A stretch of 64,000 bases of DNA from Octopus sinensis (lineage: Eukaryota): assembly GCF_006345805.1 (NCBI RefSeq), contig NC_043002.1, forward strand, positions 50,778,001 to 50,842,000, given 5' to 3'. The position numbers and the translations under genes were made by a program. Positions 1-10,100 of this stretch are shown one piece after another; positions within the stretch are counted from its first letter, which is position 1; every line of letters begins with the position of its first letter. Under the pieces are notes generated by a model. It did no database searches. It saw only the letters and a program-made list of their open reading frames with translations, and was not told the origin of the DNA.

Positions 1-326
1 TACTCGACAAGGGCGAGGACAAGGACTTTAGAATTCAACGATTATCAAGCATATTTTACATATCCTTTCAGGGTGGTGCTTTTAGGCTATATACGGCTTG
101 GGCCGAAACATATCTAAGTCAAATATATACGTGTGTGTGTTTGTGTGTGTGTAGTAAAGAATTTCGCTGACGAGATTTTTTGCCACGTGGTGAGTTGAAG
201 TCAAAAATTATATAACAAAAGAAGGAAAATGCACACAGTTTATATATTTTTAATAAGTCTTATTATATAAAATATTACGATAGTCCACCGGTTTCGCGTT
301 TTGTTAATCATGACTTGGAAATTGGT

Positions 327-601
327 GAAAGCGCGTGGCCCAATAGTTAGGCTGTTGCACTCACGATCGCTAGATCGTGAGTTCGGTTCCTTGATTGGGC
401 GGTGTGTTGTATTCTTGAGCAAAAGACTTCATTTCGCGTTGGTCCACTTTCCCTTTTGATTAGGATGGCGGGTGGGGTGGGTAGATTTTTGGCCTGCTTG
501 CCTGGCCAGCGGTGAGGCTTCACTTAAAAGCTAATACAATGCACATGTGCAATGTTACCAACGATGTGTAGCAATATCTGATAGCCTGGATGGTCACATG
601 A
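327..601 (+). mobile_element. tRNA-derived SINE (family C here), diverged copy
   Basis: tRNA-like head GCGCGTGGCCCAATAGTTAGG (A box) ... GAGTTCGGTTCC (B box), then TTCTTGAGCAAAAGACTTCATTTC. Homologous to the minus-strand copies at 11052-11387 and 48700-49030. Confidence 0.75.
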
Positions 602-875
602 CACACACACATACACACACACACACACACACACATATATTCTTCTTACCAATATCAGTGTACATAACACTCTAAAGCATTTTTTGTAAGTTTTTCATAT
701 TTATCACATTTACACAGGCTAAGGAAAACCATTGATTTTTTAAAAAACATCAATATATAATGAGTTATGCTCCCTACCCGCATTTTATCACAGGCACGCA
801 ATACGGAATATTTTGACAGCCATTTAAAGAGATTTTACATCTGACCGATATTATTGGTATATTGTTGTAGCTTTT

Positions 876-1282
876 CGCAGGAGTGGCTGTGTGGTAAGTA
901 GCTTGCTAACCAACCACATGGTTCCGGGTTCATTCCCACTGCGTGGCATCTTGAGCAAGTGTCTTCTGCTATACCCCGGGCCGACCAATGCCTTGTGAGT
1001 AGATTTGGTAGACGGAAACTGAAAGAAGCCTGTCGTATATATGTATATATATATAATTGTATGTGTTTGTGTGTCTGTGTTTGTTCCCCTAGCATTGCTT
1101 GACAACCGATGCTGGTGTGTTTACGTCCCCGTCACCTAGCGGTTCGACAAAAGAGACCGATAGAATAAGTACTGGGCTTACAATGAATAAGTCCCGAGGT
1201 CGATTTGCTCGACTAAAGGCGGTGCTCTAGCATGGCCGCAGTCAAATAACTGAAACAAGTAAAAGAGTAAAAGAGTAAAGAG
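876..1282 (+). mobile_element. tRNA-derived SINE (family A here), full length with central (TA/TG)n tract and (AAAAGAGT)n tail
   Basis: A box TGGCTGTGTGG, B box GGTTCATTCCC, body ...GGTAGACGGAAACTGAAAGAAGCC, then a microsatellite, a 3' half CTTGACAACCGATGCTGG...GCATGGCCGCAGTC and the tail AAAAGAGTAAAAGAGTAAAGAG. Many homologous copies occur in the window. Confidence 0.9.
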
Positions 1283-2544
1283 ATTATTGAAATCCAATTA
1301 TAAACTTGGAATCATAATGTATAATCACTGAAAGAACTTTTAAAAGAACTCCTTCGGCCAGTCAGGAAATATTTCGCTCCACCGTTTGTATTGAGTACTA
1401 GAGCTTGTTACTGGTATATGTGTGCGCACAACCACAAGAAATATCCACACACACACAAACAGACACGCTTTTGCATACATATGCAATGATATATCTGAAA
1501 TGACGCTTACATAGACTTCTAAATTCTGCTGAAACACACTTATAAATTCTGTCTTGCTCGCGGAAAATACTGTAAGCGCATGAACATAAATGCGTGTTTG
1601 TGCGTGTCGGTTTGTGTGCATGTGTGATTAAGTCAGTCAGGTTTTGCGTAACATCAAAACCCAATACAAAGGAGAGAAGTCTCGTGTCGGCTTTGCTTCG
1701 TGCTCTACATCTCACCAACTCCTGTTTGGGAATGAAAACCTGAGGTAACATGAGACCATTAAGCTGAAGGATTACAAATAAGATGATGAAATGCCAACTG
1801 AGTTTGGTGATATATGTTCGTTTGATGGGGGATTTAACGAGAACATTCCATGATTTTCTGTCGCATGTTCTGTATCATCTTCATTCATACAGACGACTTT
1901 AAACAAGTCTTTATCCGATAAAAGCCAAACATATTACTTTATCTCATGAAATCCAGTCTTTTTAAAGATCAATAGTAAGGAAGCGATAGATACATAAGTC
2001 TCACTAAAAAGTCGTTGTTTTTAATTTTGCTTTTTTTTTCTTCTTGTCCTTTTGTTCTCGTAGTTTTTATTAGTTTATAACACGATTTTTATACCAATTG
2101 ACCGATCGCCGTCTTATTTTTTCTTGTCCATATATCAGTCGTTATCGTTTATACGGTTAAAGAAAAAAAAAAGACATACAAAGAAGCAAAGGAATAGAAC
2201 AACATTAATGAAAGACAACGAAGATGCCACTGTACACTGTTGTATTGAGATGCTAAAAATAGCAGCTAATTCGCTTTCAGATCATCTTAAGAATGATAAC
2301 ATTATTGATTTAGTCCTAAGTTCCAACGTGTTTGAGTAAAAAGAAATGAAAGAAAAGAAAAGAAAATACGGCATGGTCATGGCTAGAAAGTCTTTGATCA
2401 TTGGTCTATTCGATCTAAGTTCACTCAATGCTTAAACATCAACAAATTGACTGAACATATGTTTTTATGGTGATGAGAAAGAGCAAATCGAATTAATGAC
2501 ATTATAATTTAACTATATATTATTTATTTAAACACAGTCTTTTC

Positions 2545-2762
2545 TTTTCTTCTCTAGGCATAAGGCCAGAAATCTTTTTTTTTTGGGGAGGAGGCAGTCA
2601 AATAGATCGACTCCAGTACGCAACTGGTACTTAATTTATCGACCCCGAAAGGATGAAAGTCAAAGTCGACCTCGGCGGAATTTGAACTCAGTACCTAAAG
2701 ACAAACGAAATATCGCTAAGCATTTCACCCAGCGTGCTAGCGTTTCAACCAGCTCACCGCCC
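2545..2762 (-). mobile_element. SINE (family B here)
   Basis: Reverse complement reads GGCGGTGAGCTGGTTGAAACGCTAGC...CTGAGTTCAAATTCCGCCGAGGTCGACTTTG...GGGGTCGATAAATTAAGTACCAG. Matches the clean copy at 35266-35505. Confidence 0.9.
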
Positions 2763-3022
2763 TTATTTATTTAAACACATTGCCGGCAGATGGTACGTAC
2801 ATATTAATGACTTGTAGCAACGCCATATTTCGTTATGCAACTATAATACACTACAGAGTACATTCAACACTTCATAATTCAAAACGGTGTTCTTCTGTGT
2901 TAGCAGGGCTATTAAATCACTTACTAAGGTTATCGTTAGCGGTTTTCTATTGAAATTATAGCCAGCACTGATTTCTTATGACGCTTCGTAACCGAATATA
3001 CCTAATGTAAACATCAAAGAGC

Positions 3023-3089
3023 TCGAAGATGAAAAATGGGTAATGGTTGTATGTCCCATACACACCTATTACCCATTTTTCATCTTCGA
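3023..3089. repeat. 67-nt near-perfect hairpin
   Basis: TCGAAGATGAAAAATGGGTAAT (3023-3044) is the exact reverse complement of ATTACCCATTTTTCATCTTCGA (3068-3089). Inner GGT/ACC and TGTATG/CATACA pairs extend the stem with two 1-nt bulges and a TCC loop. Confidence 0.9.
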
Positions 3090-3129
3090 TGTCATCGTTG
3101 TTTATATTATTCATTTAACGCATTTAAGA

Positions 3130-3546
3130 AGGCGGTGTGCTGGCAGAATCGTTACCGCACTGCTTAGCGGCATTTCGTCTGTCTTTACGTTCTTAGTTCA
3201 GATTCCGTAGGGATCGACTTTGCCTTTCATCCTTTCTTGGGTCGATAAAATAAGCACTACTTTGAGCATTGGGGTCGATAATTGACTTCCCACTCCCTCG
3301 AGATTGCTGGTCTTGTACCAAAATTTTAAACCATTATTTATTTAATTATTTGTTTTGTTTATTTATTTATTTATTTAAGGCAACGTTTCCCGGTTCTTCA
3401 CATTCTGAGTTCAAATTCCACCGAGGTCGACTTTGCTCATCGTCCTTTTCAGGGTCTATAAGATATGTACCAGTTCAGCACATGGATTCATATAATCAAT
3501 TTCTCTTCCCTTCAGAATTGCTGGCCTCGTAACAAAATTAGAAAGA
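3130..3546 (+). mobile_element. Two tandem family B SINE copies (about 3130-3331 and 3380-3546)
   Basis: GGCGGTGTGCTGGCAGAATCGTTA head; each copy has TTC(T/A)GA(G/T)TTC...GTCGACTTTGC...GCTGGT/CCT(T/C)GTA; separated by a (TTTA)n linker. Confidence 0.8.
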
Positions 3547-4062
3547 AAAACTTATTTATCGAACACATGTAAGCTGGTTAGGTGACAAACACAGATTTGA
3601 TACCATAATGTATTACCTCAGGCAAATTTTTTCGTACTTCGAGACTACCAAACTCTTATATGTATTTCACACCCAACTTATAGGTCACCAGAAAGCTACG
3701 ATGGAAAATATCCGTACTGTCGCCTTTCCAATGATTCTGTAATGGGATTTAGTTACGTATTTTTACAGTGAATTTTAAATCCATCCAATTTAGGTATGTT
3801 ATTTTTCATTTCAAGGCCAAATAACGGTGTCTGGAAAAATGTCACATGTGTAGCTAGGTTTTAAAAAATTACAAATTTATTTAAATACTATAAACAAGGC
3901 GCAGTAGTGACTGTTGGGTAAGTAGCTTGCTTACCAACTGCATGGTTCTGGGATCAGTCCCTCTGTGTGACACCTTGTGTACGTGTCTTCTGTTATAGCT
4001 CGGGTCGACTAAAGCTTTGTGAGTGGATTTGGTAGGAGCAAACTGAAAGAAGCTCGTCGTGT

Positions 4063-4094
<32 letters not shown>

Positions 4095-4156
4095 CTCAAA
4101 CCGTTAATAGTTGTAATTCTGAAATTGAAAGAGAAATAAAAACGTTTACCCTTTCA

Positions 4157-4251
4157 TCTCTGGACTATGCATAGTTTCGGCAAACTTTAGTAAACAAATT
4201 AATTAAATTAAATTAATTTATTTACAACTGGCGTGCCTCGTCAGCAGATGA
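4157..4251 (-). ncRNA. Type I hammerhead ribozyme motif (mirror copy)
   Basis: Minus strand: UCAUCUG-CUGACGA-GGCA...15-bp AU stem...UGCC-GAAA-CUAUGCAUAG-UC-CAGAGAUGA. The core is identical to the plus copy; helix I keeps 4 bp plus 3 more across a bulge. Confidence 0.8.
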
Positions 4252-4399
4252 TGAATTTATGGCTAATTTTAAAATTAAATCAGCAGTTTATATTTGCTGC
4301 TGAGAAGACCGCGCGATTGCGGTAGATTTTGAAAATTTATAGCATATAGACTTGAGGCTTCCTTACCATCGCCTCGTGGATATATGTTCGTCCTTGGCT

Positions 4400-4493
4400 T
4401 CTCTGCTGACGAGGCACGCCAGTTGTAAATAAATTTATTTAATTTAATTAATCTGTTTACTAAAGTTTGCCGAAACTATGCATAGTCCAGAGA
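4400..4493 (+). ncRNA. Type I hammerhead ribozyme motif
   Basis: Helix I UCUCUG(4400-05)/CAGAGA(4488-93); core CUGACGA (4406-12); helix II GGCA/UGCC with an AU-rich extension; GAAA (4472-75); palindromic helix III ACUAUGCAUAGU; GUC cleavage triplet ending at 4487. Confidence 0.85.
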
Positions 4494-4715
4494 TGAAAGG
4501 GTAAACGCTTTTATTTCTCTTTCAATTTCAGAATTACAACTATTAGCGGTTTGAGTTTGGCTGCTCTTTCTAGTGAGTCGAATGTCCTATTATGGCCATT
4601 CCTTATATTGTTGAATGTATATTATATAGTCTTTGACTATCTTTTCTTTCTCTCACTGGACCGCTGTAGCGGAGAATTTTTTTCTAGAATTTGTTGCTAC
4701 CCTTATATTTATATA

Positions 4716-4763
<48 letters not shown>

Positions 4764-5025
4764 AGTATGTATATATATATTATATATGTTTGTGGTGTCT
4801 GTGTTCGTCCCTCTACCATCGCTTGACAACCGATGATAGTGTGTTTACCACTCCGTAACGTAGCGGTTCGGCGAAAGAGACCGATAGAATAAGTACTAGG
4901 CTTACAAAGAATAAGTTCTGGGGTCGATTTATTCGACTAAATCGGTGCTCCAGCATAGCCGCAGTCAAATGACTGAAACAAATAAAAGAGTAAAAGAGTA
5001 ATGGAATTGATATAACAAAATACGT

Positions 5026-5180
5026 AAGGCGGCGAGCTAGCAAAATCGTTAACACACCGGGCAAAATGCCTTTCATCCTTTGGGGATCGATAAAATAAGT
5101 ACCAGTTGAGTACTGGGGTCGATGTAATCGATTTATCACTTTATCCTAAGACTGCTGGCCTTGTGTCAATATTTGAAACT
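5026..5180 (+). mobile_element. Family B SINE with internal deletion
   Basis: GGCGGCGAGCTAGCAAAATCGTTAACAC...AAATGCCTTTCATCC junction, then GGGGTCGATGTAATCGA. Confidence 0.8.
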
Positions 5181-5310
5181 AATATAACAAAATATAATTT
5201 TAATCAGTTATTAACTGACAGCATATGATTTGTACACAGTTTGTATATGAGAGCATTAAATATACGTGAATAAAATAAACAAGCTTTTATTCAATTTCTT
5301 CTTAATTTTT

Positions 5311-5552
5311 GCAGCGTGGAAGGTGTTTATAAGCCATTTAAGAAACACAGAAAACCGTTAGATTCACTTCAACATTTAAATTTAATTTGTCAAAATATTT
5401 TCGTCGCTTTGAGACCGCGACCTGTTTACAGTGATTCTAACGGTTTTGTGTGTTTCTTAAAAGGCTTATAAACACCTTCCACGCTGCAATTGTTTTCGTT
5501 CCAGCACACGATCTCAGATCAAGTCACTCGCTATGCAAGTACATCTGCGTAA
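5311..5552. mobile_element. Fold-back insertion (probably Penelope-like) with 60-bp inverted arms and a 12-bp target-site duplication
   Basis: Arms 5309-5368 and 5430-5489 are inverted copies. TTCTTAATTTTT flanks both ends (5299-5310, 5553-5564). The spacer holds a truncated hammerhead homologous to 9780-9829, and the sequence is homologous to 9770-9965. Confidence 0.75.
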
Positions 5553-6244
5553 TTCTTAATTTTTATTTTCTGTTTATACCAAAATACAGGTAAATAACTT
5601 ATATTAAATAAATTTTTAAAGAGTTCAACATTTAATGTGCTTAATTTTTGACATGGATCAATAAAAATTTTGCTAACACTAGGTAAAAAAAATGTCAGTC
5701 TACTTACATCACTGAGATTTACGAGAGCCATCCTCTATGACTTGTGTGCTAACGCTGAGTCGAATCATGTAGCCTTGGTTATATATGCGTTTCAGAGGTT
5801 TCCAATGGATTGATAACTGTGACTCGACTTACTTATAATTTATATTTCTTTTGCAATTTATGCTGAAAAATTTTCAAATACATTGGAGAAATTTACTGAA
5901 GGGGTTAAGAAGACGACAAATCAAAATATTAAAAAGCGATACGAGAACAACTAATTAGTACGTAATAAGTTCTCTGACCTAAGTTGTTATTGGCATTGCT
6001 GAAGTTGATGTTATTTCAGCTATTTAGACCCATGTAGGACATGATCAAGAAGATCCACGAGTAAAGACATTCTATCTCTTTTCAACCTATTTGTCTTGGA
6101 CTACATTTCTCAATATGCAATCCCGAATTTGCTTTCAAGAACGATAGGGTGATATTTGTGAGAGATTAAGCTGTTATTTCTAGCAAGTCAAGCGCTCACG
6201 TAGAACTTTCCATGTTGGCTTGGAGACTATGACTTCCCGACATA

Positions 6245-6838
6245 GGCGCAGGTGCGGCTGTGTAGTAAAAAAGCTTACATCCCGACCACGCGGTACTGGG
6301 TTCAATCCCACTGAGTGACACCTTGGATAAGTGTCTTGTATTATAACCCTGGGCCAACCAACGCCATGTGAGTGGATCTGGTAGACGGAAACTCAAAGAG
6401 TCTATCTTCTATATACATGCCATACATGCTATACATACCTATATGCACACAAATATACATATAAATGTATATATGTATATATGTATACATATATATAAAT
6501 TAAATTAGAGATAAAACCACTATTAGGCAAATCAAACAGTGAAAAACATAAACCAAAACGTAATAATAGATATAATTAATATATATACAAAATATATAAA
6601 ATATAAAATTCAAAATTTAAATTATTCAAATTTAAAATTTTTAATTTATATTTATAAATTTTTATTTTTTATACGTCCCCGGAAGTTAGCGGTTCGGCAA
6701 AAAGGAATAGATAGAATAAGTACCAGGCTTAAGAAAATTGGTACTGAAGTCGATTTGTTCGACTACACCCTTCAAGACAGAGCCCCACCATGCAAACAGT
6801 CCGATGGGTAATAATCGTAAAAGGCAAAAGAGTAAATG
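6245..6838 (+). mobile_element. Family A SINE, diverged, with an AT-rich insert (about 6500-6670) in the central tract
   Basis: Head GGCGCAGGTGCGGCTGTGTAGTAA...GGTAGACGGAAACT; 3' half ACGTCCCCGGAAGTTAGCGGTTCGGCAAAA...AAAAGAGTAAA. Confidence 0.75.
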
Positions 6839-7219
6839 GAACAAAGAGAATTGAACCGAATTTACAAAACCCGTCACCCGCTAAAACTTAACCCCCTGCT
6901 CGATAATTCCCACGTAACATTAAAAAAAAATATAATAAAATGAAAACTAGAGAGATATATCATCATAAAACTATATAAAGGAGAAAAGAAAATGGCGGAG
7001 AAAGAAATCTGTAATGAGATCACTGGCGCCACCTGTATTCTACCCAGGAAGTCTTACGAATAGATTTATTTGCCCAACCAAAAGGTAGCTACACCTTACG
7101 ATTTAACAATCCCCGTTCCATTCTCATAAATCTTCTTTGCAAACCGCATTGTACAAGATAATTAAATAATTAAACTGCAGACACTGGTTTAGATTAAGAA
7201 AATATAAAGAACTAAACGA

Positions 7220-7311
<92 letters not shown>
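7220..7311. repeat. (TATC)n microsatellite, followed by a (TA/TG) compound tract to about 7740
   Basis: Direct reading. Confidence 0.95.
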
Positions 7312-7485
7312 AACTTATTATATATATATATAATATATATATAATATATATATATATATATTATATGTATATGTATATTTATGTTCGTAACATACATATA
7401 TATCATACATGTATGTATATAAGATATACGTGTGCGTGTATATATATATGCATATCATATGTATGTATATATATATATATATATA

Positions 7486-7530
<45 letters not shown>

Positions 7531-8219
7531 TTGTATTGATATGTATTTGTATATAATATATATATATGCACATACATGTACACATGATTTATATGTTTGC
7601 GTATGTATGTGTGTTTATGCCTATATACCCACATTCCAACACACATTGGTGCGTGTGTATGCACATGAATGCGCACAAAGTTACACACACACATATATAT
7701 ATTATATATATATATATATACATATATATAATTTCACGTGCGTGAATTTATTTATTGTTACTCCCACAAAGATACAGCAAAATGGGTACCAGTATTTGAA
7801 TTGATAAAATAACATTGTTATAATTAGATTTGGAAGAATAATGATACAAAACAAGTACAATTAAAAAAAAAATTTACTCTGAAATACAACGTAAAATTAA
7901 AGGTACTTTAAATTCGCCATTCAAATCTAATACAGTATAAAATAACTCCCTACACTTGATAATCTGGGACGAAATACATCTACCTGATAATAATAAGCGT
8001 TTGTAACATATGCACAAACTCCAAAATATCGGAGAAATGCGGTTAAGCAATTAAATCAAATCCAGTACTTGACTGATAGTTTTTTATAGTCTCCGGAGGA
8101 TTAAGAGCTAAAGTTGACCACAGATGGATTTTGAACTCCAAAAGCAATACAAGATATTTTGTGTGATGCCCTATCGATTCTACTAGTCCATACTATTAGG
8201 ATGGCAGATACATGATATG

Positions 8220-8607
8220 TGGAGGCGCAATGGCCCAGTGGTTAGGGCAGCGGACTCGCGGTCATAGGATCGCGGTTTCGATTCCCAAGACCGGGCGTTG
8301 TGAGTGTTTATTGAGCGAAAACACCTAAAAGCTCCACGAGGCTCCGGCAGGGGATGGTGGTGATCCCTGCTGTACTCTTTCACACACAACTTTTCTCTCA
8401 CTCTTACTTCCTGTTTCTGTATGTACCTGTATTTCAAGGGGCCGGCCTTGTCACTCTCTGTGTCACGCTGAATCTCCCGAGAACTACGTTAAGGGTGCAC
8501 GTGTCTGTAGAGTGCTCAGCCACTTACACGTTGATTTCACGAGCAGGCTGTTCCGTTGATTCGGATCAACCGGAACCCTCATCGTCATAACCGATGGAAT
8601 GCTTCCA
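8220..8607 (+). mobile_element. tRNA-derived SINE (family D here), well preserved
   Basis: GGAGGCGCAATGGCCCAGTGGTTAGGGCAGCGGACTCGCGGTC...GGTTTCGATTCCC (A and B boxes), followed by an approximately 320-bp body ending CGTCATAACCGATGGAATGC. Confidence 0.8.
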
Positions 8608-9483
8608 CATGGATATTACGAGCAAATTCCAAAAATTGCTTTGGTCTTTGTAGAATAGATGATGAAGCAAAAGTGCACAAGAAATATTAACCCTCTTGGG
8701 ACACCCAGACCGATTGATCGGCCCAAGTTATACAAGCTGAAAGGACTTCGAGGCTGATCCATCGGCATGATGGAACAAATATCGTAAATGGTTGGTTTTG
8801 AAGTGTAATAGTTAATCAGAGATCGTCTTTTAGTAAATGTATCTCAATATAAAAAAAATATGATCTTTTTGGCTACACATATCAAAACACTGTGTCTCAA
8901 ATCAGATGTCAGTGAGAAGACATTTTGCTTGAGCCAATAAAGGAAATACAAAGATCTGGATCAGGAGAGATGAACCCTGGAAGGGCATTTGGTAACTGGA
9001 CACAAAGTGGATCTTTATCAACCATTGCTGGGACGCCTCAATGGGGGTACTTGATTGTTAAAACGGCTGAAACTTCCACTGACATCATGAAACATTACTG
9101 GCTATTTATCCAGGGACATCGCAAGAACAAGCATTCAAAAGTGACCTTCGTTTTATTTATTTATTTTTTAGTGTTTTCCTTTCTACCATAATCCACTGAC
9201 ATTCATTGTCTTGACGCAATGATAGAGGAGTGGTTGGTGTAGATCCGATGCAGTGCAGCAATCAAAATCAGAACTACGGGGTTGCAAAGAGAACATTTTA
9301 AAACAAAAAAAAAAACAAAAAAAAAACATTGGGTCACGCCTACACCAGTCCGCGATCATGACAACCACGTAGATTGCGTTTAGTGGCAAATTCTATCAGG
9401 TGATGCAGAGAGGTGAATTTTAACGTTTTAAGATGTAGAGCTGGTTGTTTGTCGAAGAAGTAATATGGAGGAAATACACATAA

Positions 9484-9583
9484 NNNNNNNNNNNNNNNNN
9501 NNNNNNNNNNNNNNNNNNNNNNNNNNNNNNNNNNNNNNNNNNNNNNNNNNNNNNNNNNNNNNNNNNNNNNNNNNNNNNNNNNN
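9484..9583. other. Assembly gap (100 N)
   Basis: Run of exactly 100 N, a typical scaffolding placeholder of unknown true size. Confidence 0.99.
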
Positions 9584-9769
9584 TTCCCAACTTTAACACT
9601 CCTTAAATCCCAAATTTTATTTTGGTTCTTATGGGAGAAACTGTCTTCGAAGAATCATATTAGCTGTAAGCTAATGAAGTTCATTACATCACTTTTGTTT
9701 TTTCGGTGTCATCTCTTTCTTCCTATTATCACTCTATATTAATCTAATATTGTTTTCTGCATCATATGC

Positions 9770-9965
9770 AGCACGGATTTTTGTCAGTGAACAGGTCGCG
9801 GATTTTAGCGACGAAAATATTTTGACAAATTAAAATTAAATGTTGAAGTGAATCGAACGGCTTTTGTGTGTTTCTTAACTGGCTTACAAACACCTTCCAC
9901 GCTGCAATTGTTTTCGTTTCAGCACACGATCTCGGATCAATCCCTTGCTATGCGAGTACATCTGT
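9770..9965 (+). mobile_element. Second copy of the 5311-5552 family (probably Penelope-like terminal repeat)
   Basis: TTAAATGTTGAAGTGAATC...CTTACAAACACCTTCCACGCTGCAATTGTTTTCG...GCTATGCGAGTACATCTG aligns with 5309-5428 (inverted) and 5430-5548 (direct). Confidence 0.75.
9780..9829 (+). ncRNA. Minimal type I hammerhead-like motif with variant core (G3...C8, extra G after A9)
   Basis: Helix I UUUGUCA(9780-86)/UGACAAA(9823-29); GUGAACA-G (9787-94); helix II GUCGC/GCGAC; GAAA (9813-16); palindromic helix III AAUAUU; N17=U at 9822. Confidence 0.65.
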
Positions 9966-9969
9966 GTGT

Positions 9970-10041
<72 letters not shown>

Positions 10042-10064
10042 TATATTATATATATATATATATA

Positions 10065-10100
<36 letters not shown>

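Larger units (their letters stand above)
4094..4703. mobile_element. Fold-back element, probably Penelope-like pseudo-LTR derivative (155-bp inverted arms 4094-4248 and 4402-4556)
   Basis: The arms are reverse complements with 4 substitutions I can count. They flank a 153-bp spacer, the right part extends to about 4703, both ends lie in (TA)n, and each arm holds a hammerhead motif. The PLE assignment is inference from the hammerhead plus inverted-terminus architecture. Confidence 0.75.
3897..5000 (+). mobile_element. Family A SINE split by an insertion in its central TA tract (5' half about 3897-4062, 3' half about 4790-5000)
   Basis: Both halves align to the intact copy at 876-1282. About 610 bp of unrelated sequence lies between two (TA)n tracts. 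Confidence 0.85.

Noticed and set aside
282-325. Minus-strand GAAACCGGT resembling a PLE hammerhead 3' half
   Set aside because: Position 17 is G and there is no CUGANGA upstream.
1641-1744. Possible exon VLRNIKTQYKGEKSRVGF...ENL with donor GAG|GTAACA
   Set aside because: No polypyrimidine tract at the acceptor and no recognisable homology. An open run of this length is common by chance.
3624-3745. Minus-strand AG...GT-bounded segment
   Set aside because: Stops in all three frames and only moderate splice signals.
7365-7804. ORFs rich in Y/I/M/C/V/H/T here and throughout (e.g. 9848-10285, 15220-15787, 38788-40325, 52250-54947, 59845-61325)
   Set aside because: They are translations of (TA)n, (TG)n, (TACA)n and (GATA)n microsatellites, which lack stops in some frames.
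8221-8290. tRNA gene candidates at SINE heads (also 876-950, 11310-11387, 48960-49030)
   Set aside because: No acceptor-stem closure or Pol III terminator; each continues directly into a repeated SINE body.
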